Source of the DNA: Rhizobiaceae bacterium
GTDB lineage: Bacteria > Pseudomonadota > Alphaproteobacteria > Rhizobiales > Rhizobiaceae
Assembly: GCA_036478985.1 (NCBI GenBank)
Contig: JAZGEY010000056.1
Coordinates: 1,675-65,674, forward strand
DNA: 64,000 nt
Direction: 5' to 3'
Part shown: piece after piece, positions 20,391 through 30,586 of the stretch
Layout: each line of letters opens with the position of its first letter
How positions within the stretch are numbered: the stretch's first letter is position 1
The notes under the pieces: generated by a model
What the model was told of the DNA's origin: nothing
The model's input: only the letters and a program-made list of their open reading frames with translations
The model's database searches: none
Position numbers and translations under genes: made by a program

Positions 20391-21091
20391 TGGCATTTAT
20401 AGGCATCTTCGCCATTGTTGGGCTGGTTGGGTTTATTTTATGGCCGCAATACTGGGTGAAGAGGGTGATGAAAACCCATGGGGAAGAACGGGACGATTTT
20501 CCAGGGACCGGTGGCGAGTTGGCGAAGCACTTGCTCGATCATTATAGCATCAATGGCGTTGGGGTGGAACAGACGGATAAGGGCGACCACTATGACCCCG
20601 AGGATAGGATGGTACGATTATCTGCAGATAATTTTACTAAATCTAGTTTGACTGCTGTTGCCGTTGCCGCCCATGAAGTCGGCCATGCGATGCAACATTT
20701 TGATGGACTGCAAGGTGAACGTGATGGTGGTCTTGGGTTACGCCAAAAGTTAGTGAGCTTGGCTCAAGTCAGTGATAAAATTGCCTCTGTGTTTTTCATA
20801 GCCGCTCCAGTATTGGCGGTGGTTGCTCGAACACCATTAGCTTTTTTCGGGCTGATTGCGTTTGGTGTTGCGCTCTTGGCAGTGCGTATTTTGGTGCATC
20901 TGGTCACCTTGCCTGTGGAATATGATGCGAGCTTTGGAAAGGCTTTGCCGATCCTCGAAGAAGGTGGTTATCTTCATGTTGATGATTTGCCGGCCGCCCG
21001 TTCCGTTTTGAAGGCGGCGGCTTTGACTTATGTTGCAGGGGCGGTAATGAGCCTGATCGACCTTGCCCGTTGGATTAGAATGATAAGATAG
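20390..21091 (+). CDS. Membrane zinc metallopeptidase (YugP-like)
   Basis: DHYDP, AVAAHEVGHA (HExxH), TLPVEYDAS, AAALTYVA. Confidence 0.9.
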   Translation: MAFIGIFAIVGLVGFILWPQYWVKRVMKTHGEERDDFPGTGGELAKHLLDHYSINGVGVEQTDKGDHYDPEDRMVRLSADNFTKSSLTAVAVAAHEVGHAMQHFDGLQGERDGGLGLRQKLVSLAQVSDKIASVFFIAAPVLAVVARTPLAFFGLIAFGVALLAVRILVHLVTLPVEYDASFGKALPILEEGGYLHVDDLPAARSVLKAAALTYVAGAVMSLIDLARWIRMIR

Positions 21092-21099
21092 GAAAACAA

Positions 21100-22335
21100 A
21101 TGAACAGCCACTTTGATAAGCGAGAAACAAGAAACCAAAAAGAACGCGAAAGCGATTTATTCAATAGACTTCCTACCCATTTGAAATCTGCCGTTGGTGT
21201 TTCTCCTGGCCTATCAAAGCACCTTAGCGGTCAAGACTTGGGTGCAGTGAACAGCCGTGAGGTGCTGGCAAAGCTCCCGGTGTTACGCAAACCAGAATTG
21301 ATGGCGGCACAGGCAAAAAGCCCTCCGTTCGGCGGCTTTGTGAATATGAAGGCGCTCGAAGGGGCGCGGGTGTTTTTATCGCCGGGCCCAATTTGGGAAC
21401 CGCAGGGGGAGGGGGTCGACCCGTGGCTTGGAGCGCGTGCGCTATATGCGGCAGGCTTTAGGAAAGGGCACATGGTGCACAATGCACTATCGTATCATAT
21501 GACACCGGGCGGGTTCATCCTTGATGAGGGATTGCGGGCGCTTGGTTGCACGGTTTTCCCGGGTGGCATCGGTAATACGGAAATGCAAGTGGATGCAGCT
21601 GTCGCACTTCAGCCCGTTGCCTATACGGGTACTCCTGATTATTTGAAAGTGATGTTGGATAAGGCCGAAGAAATGGGTAAAGACCTTTCCTGCATCAAGC
21701 GGGCTTTGGTTTCTGGGGGTGCACTCTTTCCTTCTATGCGCGATGATTATGCGAAACGTGGGGTAGAAGTTCTACAAGCTTATGCCACGGCTGATCTTGG
21801 GGTGATTGCCTATGAGTCCACCTTTGACGGCGGCCCGACGGAGGGCATGATTGTTAACGAGGATTTGATTGTTGAGATTGTTCGGCCGGGAACAGGTGAT
21901 CCGGTTAATGAGGGCGAAGTCGGTGAATTAGTGGTGACGAATTTCTCGCTTACCTATCCACTTGTTCGCTTCGGTACGGGCGACTTATCAGCGGTGTTGC
22001 CGGGCCAATCTCCGTGCGGGCGCAGTAATATGCGTATCAAAGGTTGGATGGGTCGTGCCGATCAGCGCACGAAAGTTAAGGGCATGTTTGTTGATCCAAA
22101 ACAAATTGCTGAGTTGGTGAAACGCCATGGCGAGATAGATGGTGCGCGGTTGGTCGTGGCAAGGGATGGCGACCAAGATGCGATGCGGCTGTTGGTGAAG
22201 GGCAAGGGGGTCGACACGGATGCAGTTGCTGCATCATTGCGGGAGCTAACAAAACTTGGCGGTGTTGTTAAGGTGGTGCAAGAGCTACCGAATGACGGCA
22301 AGGTTATTTCTGACGAACGTAATTACGAGGCTTAA
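21100..22335 (+). CDS. Phenylacetate--CoA ligase family protein
   Basis: SYHMTPGG, YTGTP, QAYATADLG, RFGTGD, GRADQRTKVKG. Confidence 0.88.
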   Translation: MNSHFDKRETRNQKERESDLFNRLPTHLKSAVGVSPGLSKHLSGQDLGAVNSREVLAKLPVLRKPELMAAQAKSPPFGGFVNMKALEGARVFLSPGPIWEPQGEGVDPWLGARALYAAGFRKGHMVHNALSYHMTPGGFILDEGLRALGCTVFPGGIGNTEMQVDAAVALQPVAYTGTPDYLKVMLDKAEEMGKDLSCIKRALVSGGALFPSMRDDYAKRGVEVLQAYATADLGVIAYESTFDGGPTEGMIVNEDLIVEIVRPGTGDPVNEGEVGELVVTNFSLTYPLVRFGTGDLSAVLPGQSPCGRSNMRIKGWMGRADQRTKVKGMFVDPKQIAELVKRHGEIDGARLVVARDGDQDAMRLLVKGKGVDTDAVAASLRELTKLGGVVKVVQELPNDGKVISDERNYEA

Positions 22336-22337
22336 TA

Positions 22338-22369
22338 TAAAAAGGCCGCTCACTGGAGCGGCCTTTTAG
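22338..22369. terminator. Bidirectional Rho-independent terminator
   Basis: AAAAAGGCCGCTC-ACTG-GAGCGGCCTTTT between convergent genes. Confidence 0.85.
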
Positions 22370-22386
22370 ATAGCATTTGCGGGTGA

Positions 22387-23895
22387 TTACTTAATCATCA
22401 AACGTCCATCGACGATTGATTTTACGCTGCCCATTTTACGGATGTGAACCATCACGTCATTGGCCATGAGCTTGGCGGATGATTTGTTAATCAACATTTT
22501 TCCTTTTTTGAGCATGTGATAACCATCACCGCCACGTCCCATAAAATCGTTTGTGGCCAGTGTGTAGGTTTTCGCAGGGTCAAGCGCTTCTCCACCAACC
22601 ATCACACCTGAGACACGAGAGCCTGCAGGCTTTGTAGAGTCGATGGTCATTTTAAGGTTGGAGACGTGCAGGAAACCACCATTGGTGTCGGGCAGTTTTC
22701 TATACCCATGTTCAAGGGCTTCCAAAACGATAGCGCCTGTGACTTCCATTTTAACGGTCACATTGCCAAAGGGCAGTTCTGTGAGCACGTCCTTGCGGGT
22801 AATCGTGTGGCCTGCATCATAAACGGTGTTGCCGCGAATGCCGCCACCATTGGTGAAACCAATATCAGCACTTACGGCCGTCCGCATGCCATCGGCAACT
22901 AAGTTGCCAAATGCAGTCTCTTTTGAGCGAACACTGGTTTTCCTCGTGTCGAGATCGACCTCAGTTTTTCCAATTTCAACATCGAGTTCTTTCGAGAGAG
23001 CGGCTTCATAAACTGCTATTTTGGCGGCTGTGTCTGGATCGGGCGTTACCGTTGCTGTGTCGATGATCCGAAAATTTGGCCACCAACGCACCTTGCGCTT
23101 GCCACGGCTTTCGCCAATGTCGAATTCAACATCCATGGCGACGACGTACTTTGCTTCGTCCATAGATTCCACAATTGCGCGTTTGCCATCGTAGAAAACA
23201 TTCAAATTGTGATCATGGCCTGAGAGAACAATATCAACGCCGGATTTATAGAGTAAAGTGAAGTCCATAGCGCGGGACGTGTGAACAATGGCGATTACTT
23301 TATCGGCCCCTTCCTCACGGAGCTTTTTATTTGCCGCTTTGGCTGTTTCCATCGTGTTGAGGAATTTAATGTCCCCTGTGCTGGAAAGGTCTGGTGTACT
23401 ATCGAGGGTTAGCCCCATGAGGCCGAGCTTCAGGTCACCATAGGTCAACATTTTGGTGTTGGTAAAACCGTCAAGTTCATTGCCGTCCTTATCGCGAATA
23501 TTGGTTGCAAGTTTAGGGAAGTTGGCTTGTTTCATGCGCTCTAGGAAGTTTTCTGGCCCGAAGTCGAATTCGTGGTTGCCTGGAACGAGAAAGTCCGGTG
23601 GCGCACTATTGAGCAAATCAATCATATGCGCCCCTTTGTCAAAACCAGACAGTATAGAAGGGGAGAGAAGATCGCCGGGGAATACATAAACGGTATTGCC
23701 GCCCTTCGCACGTTCGGCCTTGATAACTGCTGCAAGGCGGGCTGCGCCTCCGCGTTTTTTTCCAGACATTTTGTACATGTCACTGGCAACGAGGAATGTA
23801 ACATTTACCTTCTCTGCAAGTGCGGCTGTCATGGCAGTGAAACTCATTCCAGCAACGAGGCTGGCTGAGAGGATTGAACGTACAAGTGTCTTTCT
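22387..23895 (-). CDS. Periplasmic 5'-nucleotidase / UDP-sugar hydrolase family metallophosphoesterase
   Basis: Signal peptide, GD, GNHEFD, SGHDH, NGGGIR, ELPFGN, GGDGY motifs; start approximate (MRKT). Confidence 0.88.
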   Translation of the reverse strand, partial: RKTLVRSILSASLVAGMSFTAMTAALAEKVNVTFLVASDMYKMSGKKRGGAARLAAVIKAERAKGGNTVYVFPGDLLSPSILSGFDKGAHMIDLLNSAPPDFLVPGNHEFDFGPENFLERMKQANFPKLATNIRDKDGNELDGFTNTKMLTYGDLKLGLMGLTLDSTPDLSSTGDIKFLNTMETAKAANKKLREEGADKVIAIVHTSRAMDFTLLYKSGVDIVLSGHDHNLNVFYDGKRAIVESMDEAKYVVAMDVEFDIGESRGKRKVRWWPNFRIIDTATVTPDPDTAAKIAVYEAALSKELDVEIGKTEVDLDTRKTSVRSKETAFGNLVADGMRTAVSADIGFTNGGGIRGNTVYDAGHTITRKDVLTELPFGNVTVKMEVTGAIVLEALEHGYRKLPDTNGGFLHVSNLKMTIDSTKPAGSRVSGVMVGGEALDPAKTYTLATNDFMGRGGDGYHMLKKGKMLINKSSAKLMANDVMVHIRKMGSVKSIVDGRLMIK

Positions 23896-24069
23896 CATGG
23901 GGGACTCCAAATTTGATCTCGCTAGTGCATTTGATACGAGAGAAATAGACTGAATGATTACACAGTTGAAGGGTCGCCATTTTAACCATGGCGGTCAAGT
24001 CGTTATCGGTAAGAATGGGAAGTTGCGAAGCTTTAGCTACTTGACCTGTGGATGAATTACACTTAGTTT

Positions 24070-24088
24070 ATTGCGAATAGTTCGCATT
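24070..24088 (+). promoter_or_regulatory. Mur/Fur-type operator
   Basis: ATTGCGAATAGTTCGCATT (TGCGAA-N3-TTCGCA palindrome) 25 nt upstream of a putative Mn transporter. Confidence 0.7.
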
Positions 24089-24113
24089 AGCGTTCGCAAT
24101 TAAAGAGACTTGC

Positions 24114-25301
24114 ATGCCCGAGTTAGTACTTTCCGCCAGTCGCGCGATTACCCAAGCCGCAATGGATAGGGTTTATCCCAACCGTTGGCGGCTTGCTATA
24201 TTGTTTGGCGTTTTCATCCTTCTGGCTGCAAGCAATTCGACGCGGGAAGTTACGGTTCAGGCGTTGAGTGATGCTTTTCTGACGGTTTCCGTTTTTGTTG
24301 CGGGTACGTTGGCTTTGGTGTTTTGGCTAGAGAAAGCGTTTAGTTTTGATCTTGGCACGGCTATGGCACGGCGCGAAAAAGGGCAGGTGCTGATTGCATC
24401 TTTGCTTGGCGCTTTGCCGGGTTGTGGTGGCGCAATTGTTGTGGTCACCCAGTTTACGCGTGGGTACGTGAGTTTTGGTTCTTTTATTGCTGTTCTGGTT
24501 TCCACGATGGGGGATGCGGCATTTTTGCTTTTGGCGCGGGAACCACTAACGGCTCTCTACATTTTTGCGATCTCTCTTGTGGCTGGCGTTGTCACGGGGA
24601 TATTGGTCGATTGGTTCCATGGACGTGATTTCATGGCGATTGCCTTAGATGGCAAATCGGCGGAGGATATCACCCGTTCAAGCCATGTTCATTCAAGCAA
24701 GCTTAATTTGGCGCAAAGCATTTGGATGGCACTTGCGATGGTGGGAATAATTTTTGGCTTGGCTGACGCGTTCCAAACAGATGCAAATGCGTGGTTTGGT
24801 TCTTATGCTCATTACGAACCGGTACTTTGGTTTGGCTTTATCGGCTCGGTATTGTCATTGCTGATTTGGGCAACTGTTGAGGCTGGGCACAGTACATTAG
24901 GCAGCGATGCGATGCCTGGCGATCCTATTATTCAACGGGTTGTTGCAGACACGACTTTTGTTACCAGTTGGGTGATAATGGCTTTCATGCTGTATGAAAT
25001 GGCTGTGACTTTTGCGGGGCTTGATGTGGCTAGCATGTTTGGTTCTTGGGTAATATTGATGCCAGCCGTTGCTATTATGATTGGTTTTATCCCAGGGTGT
25101 GGCCCGCAAATTGTTGTGACAGCTATTTATTTAAGCGGCGCAATTCCGTTCTCGGCACTTGTTGCCAATGCGATTACGAATGATGGTGACGCACTTTTCC
25201 CAGCTATGGCACTGGTTCCAAAGGCGGCAATTTTGGCCACCCTTTATAGTGCAATTCCCGCAGTGCTGATTGGTTATGGCTTCTATTTTGCTGGTCATTA
25301 G
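24114..25301 (+). CDS. Putative manganese transporter (DUF2899 family)
   Basis: Duplicated GALPGCGG / GFIPGCGP and MGDAAF / NDGDALFP motifs, about 10 TM. Confidence 0.85.
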   Translation: MPELVLSASRAITQAAMDRVYPNRWRLAILFGVFILLAASNSTREVTVQALSDAFLTVSVFVAGTLALVFWLEKAFSFDLGTAMARREKGQVLIASLLGALPGCGGAIVVVTQFTRGYVSFGSFIAVLVSTMGDAAFLLLAREPLTALYIFAISLVAGVVTGILVDWFHGRDFMAIALDGKSAEDITRSSHVHSSKLNLAQSIWMALAMVGIIFGLADAFQTDANAWFGSYAHYEPVLWFGFIGSVLSLLIWATVEAGHSTLGSDAMPGDPIIQRVVADTTFVTSWVIMAFMLYEMAVTFAGLDVASMFGSWVILMPAVAIMIGFIPGCGPQIVVTAIYLSGAIPFSALVANAITNDGDALFPAMALVPKAAILATLYSAIPAVLIGYGFYFAGH

Positions 25302-25373
25302 TTGATTATGTTCTTGAGCGTGGCTATGCCATGCGGAGCGCTTTTTTTGGCGCATAAGAATTTTGGATAATCT

Positions 25374-26441
25374 ATGGCTGCCTCTTCTATAACACGTGCA
25401 ATGAAACGTGATACATCAAAACAAAATTATCCTAAGGATCATCCGAATAAGAAATTTGGACGAATAGGTGTTTTGCTCGTCAATTTGGGAACGCCAGACG
25501 GGCATGACAAAAAGAACATGCGCAAATATCTGAAAGAGTTCCTTTGGGATAAGCGGGTTATTGAAACGCCGCGCATCATTTGGTGGCCGATATTGAACGG
25601 CATAATCTTAAACACGCGACCTAAAAAATCTGGCGAACTTTATAAGTCGATTTGGAATGAGGAGCGGAATGAATCTCCGTTACGCACCTTCACCCGTTCG
25701 CAATCGGAACAATTAGCGGAGCGGTTAAGTAAGTTAGAGAATGTGATTTGCGATTGGGGCATGCGTTACGGCAACCCCTCAATCGAAAGCCGCTTGCTAG
25801 CGCTGCAAGAACAGGGGTGCGAACGTATTCTGGTTTTTCCGCTTTATCCGCAGTACTCAGCGGCGACGACAGCTACAGTAAATGATAAGAGCTATGAAGC
25901 GGTTATGAAAATGCGCTGGATGCCAGCGCTTCGGTCCGTACCAGCGTATCATGATGATCCAGCTTACATCGAAGCATTGGCGGTTTCTGTGCAAAAACAT
26001 TTGGATAAACTGGATTTTGCTCCCGAACATATAATTGCTTCCTATCACGGGATACCGCAAAGCTATTTCGATAAGGGCGATCCTTATTACTGCCATTGCA
26101 TGAAAACCTCACGTCTGTTGCAGGAGCGTATGGGGTGGTCGGAGAATTTCCTTCTCACGACTTTCCAATCGCGTTTTGGGCCAGAGGAATGGCTGCAACC
26201 GTATACGGATAAAACGGTTGAGCGTCTCGCTAAAGAAGGTGTGAAGCGAATTGCAATTATGAACCCTGGTTTTGCCGCAGATTGTCTTGAGACACTTGAG
26301 GAAATTGATGGGGAAGTTCGGGAAGAGTTTATTGAAAATGGTGGTGAGCAATTCAGCCATATCCCTTGTTTGAACGATGGTTCCGAGGGAATGAAGCTGA
26401 TCGAAACGATTGTATTACGTGAATTGCAGGGTTGGATTTAG
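25374..26441 (+). CDS. hemH: Ferrochelatase
   Basis: LVNLGTP, MRYGNP, PLYPQYS, SYHGIP, FQSRFG, DCLETLEE. Confidence 0.96.
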   Translation: MAASSITRAMKRDTSKQNYPKDHPNKKFGRIGVLLVNLGTPDGHDKKNMRKYLKEFLWDKRVIETPRIIWWPILNGIILNTRPKKSGELYKSIWNEERNESPLRTFTRSQSEQLAERLSKLENVICDWGMRYGNPSIESRLLALQEQGCERILVFPLYPQYSAATTATVNDKSYEAVMKMRWMPALRSVPAYHDDPAYIEALAVSVQKHLDKLDFAPEHIIASYHGIPQSYFDKGDPYYCHCMKTSRLLQERMGWSENFLLTTFQSRFGPEEWLQPYTDKTVERLAKEGVKRIAIMNPGFAADCLETLEEIDGEVREEFIENGGEQFSHIPCLNDGSEGMKLIETIVLRELQGWI

Positions 26442-26451
26442 CACCTAATAG

Positions 26452-26479
26452 TTGAAACCTGCCTCTTTCATCCCCATAT
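26452..26479 (+). promoter_or_regulatory. RpoH (sigma32)-type promoter
   Basis: TTGAAA-N14-CCCCATAT upstream of the SPFH gene. Confidence 0.65.
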
Positions 26480-26507
26480 TAAGGGAAGAGAGAAAGGGAG
26501 AATCAAT

Positions 26508-27476
26508 ATGTTTTTAGGTATTAGTGACATAGCCATACTTGTCTTGGGGGTCTTGTTGGTCGTCGTATTATTGTCGATGATCAAAATCGTGCCGCAGGGG
26601 TTCCACTACACAGTGGAGCGGCTTGGGCGATTTGATCGGACGCTAGAACCTGGTCTGGGTCTTCTGTGGCCGTTTATTGAGCGTGTTGGCTCCAAGATGA
26701 ACATGATGGAGCAAGTTTTAGATGTTCCAACTCAAGAGATTATTACCAAAGATAACGCGACTTGTAGTGTTGATGGCGTGACCTTCTTTCAAGTGCTTGA
26801 TGCACCGAAGGCGGCTTACGAAGTGAGTGGACTTGAGAATGCTATTCTCAACATCACGATGACCAACTTGCGTACTGTGATGGGGTCGATGACCTTGGAT
26901 GAATTGCTTTCTAAGCGTGATGAAATTAACACCCGTATCCTGCATGTTGTGGATGATGCGGTTGCCCCTTGGGGTATCAAGATGACCCGTATTGAAATTA
27001 AAGATATCAATCCGCCGGCTGATTTAGTCGATGCGATGGGCCGCCAAATGAAAGCGGAACGTTTGAAACGTGCGTCTGTTCTTGAGGCTGAAGGTGATCG
27101 TCAGGCTGAAATTCTGAGGGCTGAAGGTAAAAAGCAATCGCAAATCCTTGAGGCTGAAGGTGCAAAAGAAGCAGCCTTCCGTGAAGCGGAAGCCCGTGAG
27201 CGGGAAGCTCAGGCGGAAGCTGAAGCAACGCGTGTGGTGTCTGATGCAATCGGTTCTGGGAATTCGCAGGCGATCAATTACTTTGTTGCACAAAAATACA
27301 CAGAAGCCTTGCAGACGATCGGTTCTGCACCGAACCAAAAAGTTATCATGATGCCAATGGAAGCAACGGCATTGATTGGCTCTTTGGGGGGCATTGGCGA
27401 GATCGCTAAGGAAGTCTTTGGCGAGAATACTGACAAGCCTAAACCGCGCCGCAATCGCAGTGTGCCGAGTGCATAA
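26508..27476 (+). CDS. SPFH/band-7 domain protein (QmcA-like)
   Basis: N-terminal TM, VERLG, IITKDNA, RIEIKDI.PP, QMKAER, AEG repeats. Confidence 0.92.
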   Translation: MFLGISDIAILVLGVLLVVVLLSMIKIVPQGFHYTVERLGRFDRTLEPGLGLLWPFIERVGSKMNMMEQVLDVPTQEIITKDNATCSVDGVTFFQVLDAPKAAYEVSGLENAILNITMTNLRTVMGSMTLDELLSKRDEINTRILHVVDDAVAPWGIKMTRIEIKDINPPADLVDAMGRQMKAERLKRASVLEAEGDRQAEILRAEGKKQSQILEAEGAKEAAFREAEAREREAQAEAEATRVVSDAIGSGNSQAINYFVAQKYTEALQTIGSAPNQKVIMMPMEATALIGSLGGIGEIAKEVFGENTDKPKPRRNRSVPSA

Positions 27477-27507
27477 TTGTTCAATAAATTGATGAAAGGA
27501 CTATAGG

Positions 27508-27969
27508 ATGATAGTGCAAATTATTGCCGACATGGGCGCTTGGTCTTGGTTTATTGGTGGCGTGTTATTGCTTATTGGTGAGATTTTTATCTCGGGGACT
27601 TTTCTTGTTTGGTTTGGTTTAGCCGCAATGGTTATTGGAACCGTAACACTCGTATTTCTACCTGATGTTTCTTGGTGGTCATGGCAAATTCAAATGATAG
27701 CATTTGGTGTTTTGTCTTTTGTATTTTTGATGCTTGGGAAACATTACTTCCCGAATGATATCAAGGATGACGTGGCCTCGAAAATGAACGACCCCTTGGG
27801 GCGGTTTGTCGGTAGCGAAGCGGTTCTCTTGGTGGCAATTGAAAATGGTTCTGGCCGTGTTCACCTTGGGGATACCACTTGGCGCGTGCGCGGGAACGAT
27901 ATGCCTGCCGGTGCAAAAATTAGGGTTACAGGTTCAGATGGCAGCTCGTTACTTGTGGAAGCTGTTTAA
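27508..27969 (+). CDS. NfeD/YbbJ-family membrane protein
   Basis: W...G..LLIGE, GRVHLGDTTWRV OB-fold tail; usual partner of an SPFH gene. Confidence 0.9.
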   Translation: MIVQIIADMGAWSWFIGGVLLLIGEIFISGTFLVWFGLAAMVIGTVTLVFLPDVSWWSWQIQMIAFGVLSFVFLMLGKHYFPNDIKDDVASKMNDPLGRFVGSEAVLLVAIENGSGRVHLGDTTWRVRGNDMPAGAKIRVTGSDGSSLLVEAV

Positions 27970-28946
27970 GCCATCCCAACACGAAGCAAGTCGTGAAGGT
28001 GTAATATGCCGACGGGCTTACCGTTTTTACATGCCATAAGCACTGTAATTGGCTTGCGGTTCATGATGTCGAGTGCTTCAGCCGCTAGCATTTCTGGCTC
28101 AACGGTTCGGGGATCGGATGTCATCACATCATCGACGATTTCACCAAGGAGGTCGGTTGAAAGATGACGGCGTAAATCGCCGTCGGTAATGATACCAATT
28201 AAGTTTTCATTCTTTACAACACCGACACAGCCAAAGCCTTTTTCTGATATCTGCATAATGGCTTCCGTCATCAGGGTTCCAGATTCGACGAGGGGCAAGG
28301 CGTCGTCTTTGTGCATGATATCCTTAACGTGAAGTAGTTTTGATCCAAGCTGACCACCAGGATGGAATACGCTGAAATGGTCGGCAGTGAAATTGCGGCT
28401 CTCGAGTAGAGCAACAGCAATTGCGTCCCCCATGGCGAGCAACATCATGGATGATGTGGTGGGCGCAAGGTTATGGGGGCAAGCTTCTTTTTCCCGGGGT
28501 AGGGCGAGCACGACATCCGCATGTTTGCCGAGTGTAGAATTTGCGTCTGCAGTAAGCGCCACTAAGGGAATGTTAAAGCGTTTTGAATAATCAAGAGTGC
28601 CTTTTAATTCTGTCGTTTCCCCCGACCATGAAATTGCGATAATCGCATCATCGCGGGCGATCATGCCTAAGTCGCCATGGTTTGCTTCCGAGGGATGAAC
28701 GAAAAATGCGGGGGTTCCTGTTGAGGCAAAGGTGGCTGCGATCTTTGCAGATATGTGTCCGCTTTTACCAACTCCCGTAATAATAACGCGGCCTTTGATG
28801 TCGCGTAGGATTTTTACGGCCTCAACGAAAGGGTCGGCAAGGCCGTTTTCAAAGGCGGCCATCAGCGCGTCTAATCCAGCGGCTTCAGTTCGAAGCGTTC
28901 GGAGAGCGGATTTAAGGGCGGGTGATTCTGAATTACTATCTGACAT
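27966..28946 (-). CDS. kdsD: KpsF/GutQ arabinose-5-phosphate isomerase (SIS + CBS)
   Basis: TGVGKSGH, ASTGTPA, EANHGDLG, APTTSS, HPGGQLG, ITDGDLRR; start re-set to MSDSN (28946). Confidence 0.9.
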   Translation of the reverse strand: MSDSNSESPALKSALRTLRTEAAGLDALMAAFENGLADPFVEAVKILRDIKGRVIITGVGKSGHISAKIAATFASTGTPAFFVHPSEANHGDLGMIARDDAIIAISWSGETTELKGTLDYSKRFNIPLVALTADANSTLGKHADVVLALPREKEACPHNLAPTTSSMMLLAMGDAIAVALLESRNFTADHFSVFHPGGQLGSKLLHVKDIMHKDDALPLVESGTLMTEAIMQISEKGFGCVGVVKNENLIGIITDGDLRRHLSTDLLGEIVDDVMTSDPRTVEPEMLAAEALDIMNRKPITVLMACKNGKPVGILHLHDLLRVGMA

Positions 28947-29089
28947 GGGCGTTAAGTATCTTAAAAGAGATGAAACGTGAACGGTAAATAAGGAATTTTT
29001 TTGAACGAGGCCAATGAAATTGAAAGGAAGCGTTAACCACGGTTGTTTACATTTCGGTAACTCCTTTGAATCGCCAATGATAAAGCCGC

Positions 29090-30586
29090 TTGATGTTGCT
29101 GTTAGACAGACAAAAATTACTCGCTTCCGTTCTTGTTTCAGGAATGTCGATTGGCGGTGCGTTGGCGCAAGAAACACTGCCTTACATTCCAGGGGCTGAT
29201 ACTACGGCCAATGGTGCTGCAGTCCAAACGCCTCAAGTTATATTCGATGAGCCAATCGAAAGTGATAGTGTACAGCCCTCTCCAAGAAATAGGCGTGCTT
29301 TTTCAGATAACGACCCATCAGGCCGCAACCCAAGGGCACAACCGTCTACTCAAGTCGGGCTCATCGGACCAGATGGCGCAGTAACACCATTGGCCAACAC
29401 ACGGGCCACACCTGAGCAAACTGGCTCCCCTCGTAGTAACGATGACCCATATGCGGCTCTTGGATTACGCGTTGGGACTTTCACGCTGTTTCCTGTTCTT
29501 ACGCAAACGATTGGAACGACCAGTAATGCTGATTTTTCTGCAGGCGGCTCTTCGGCAATATTTTCGCAAACTGATTTACGGTTGCGCGGGACATCGAATT
29601 GGTCGCGCCACCAACTAAGCGGGGAAATCGGCGGGAATTACCAAACATTTTTCAACGATGCGAGTGATGACATTCCTGCCTTCAATGCGAATTTAGAACT
29701 CCGTCTTGATCTTGTAATGGATTGGGCGGCGCGGTTTGGCGTAAATACAAATATCACTACGGAAAGCGCTGTAAGTGATAATATATCAGTTCCGTTTCCA
29801 TTGTTTGTTATAGGTCGCCCGCAGGTTACGCAAATGGGTGGCTTTGCCGTGATTGAGAAACAGGCGGGATTGTTAAATGGCAATCTGCGCGGCACTGTTA
29901 CCCGTACCAGTTATGACTCAGCAGATATCAGCAATGGTACACAGCTCTCTCAAGACGATAGAAACAACACACTGTTTGAGCTACGGGGCCGGGTGAATTA
30001 TAACAGTTCAGCACTCTTGCAACCTTTTGCTGTTGCTAACCTTGGGTTTCGTCGTTTCGATCTAACGATTGATCGTAATGGCAATAACCGCAATAGCGCG
30101 CTTTATGGTTTGCGTGTTGGGTTGGCTTATAATGGCGGCGAGAAACTAAACGGCGAAATTTCTGTTGGCTATGCCAATGAAGTGTTCGATGACAACGCGC
30201 TCAACTCTCTTTCGGGGGTGACGGTTGACGGTGTAATAAATTGGTCCCCAGTTCGGTTCACAACGATCACCGCCACGGCGCAAACCAGCTTTACTGGCTC
30301 AACGAACGTAAATGAATCTGGATCTGCAACCTATGCGGCAAGCCTTGGCATAGTTCGTGAAGTGCGGCCAAATTTATCGCTGAACGGCCGGATACTAGCA
30401 TCACTCCGCAGCTACGATCTTGGTCGTGAAGATAGTACTTACCAAGCACAGCTTGGGGCTGAATGGCGTTTGAACCGTAATGCGGCACTCTTTGGGAATG
30501 TTGGTTACGAGGTCGTTGAAAGTACGGATGCGGGGTCGAGCTATAATGCGACAACCGCACGCGTTGGCATCCGGCTGCAGAAGTAA
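29090..30586 (+). CDS. Outer-membrane beta-barrel protein (polysaccharide-export-associated type)
   Basis: Signal peptide, Pro-rich linker, DPYAALGLRVGTF, SNWSRHQL, alternating beta-strand pattern; lies between kpsF and galU. Confidence 0.8.
   Translation: MMLLLDRQKLLASVLVSGMSIGGALAQETLPYIPGADTTANGAAVQTPQVIFDEPIESDSVQPSPRNRRAFSDNDPSGRNPRAQPSTQVGLIGPDGAVTPLANTRATPEQTGSPRSNDDPYAALGLRVGTFTLFPVLTQTIGTTSNADFSAGGSSAIFSQTDLRLRGTSNWSRHQLSGEIGGNYQTFFNDASDDIPAFNANLELRLDLVMDWAARFGVNTNITTESAVSDNISVPFPLFVIGRPQVTQMGGFAVIEKQAGLLNGNLRGTVTRTSYDSADISNGTQLSQDDRNNTLFELRGRVNYNSSALLQPFAVANLGFRRFDLTIDRNGNNRNSALYGLRVGLAYNGGEKLNGEISVGYANEVFDDNALNSLSGVTVDGVINWSPVRFTTITATAQTSFTGSTNVNESGSATYAASLGIVREVRPNLSLNGRILASLRSYDLGREDSTYQAQLGAEWRLNRNAALFGNVGYEVVESTDAGSSYNATTARVGIRLQK

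Noticed and set aside
28947-29177. N-terminal extension of kpsF in the ORF track
   Set aside because: Overlaps the divergent beta-barrel gene start; family-like sequence begins only after MSDSN (28946)
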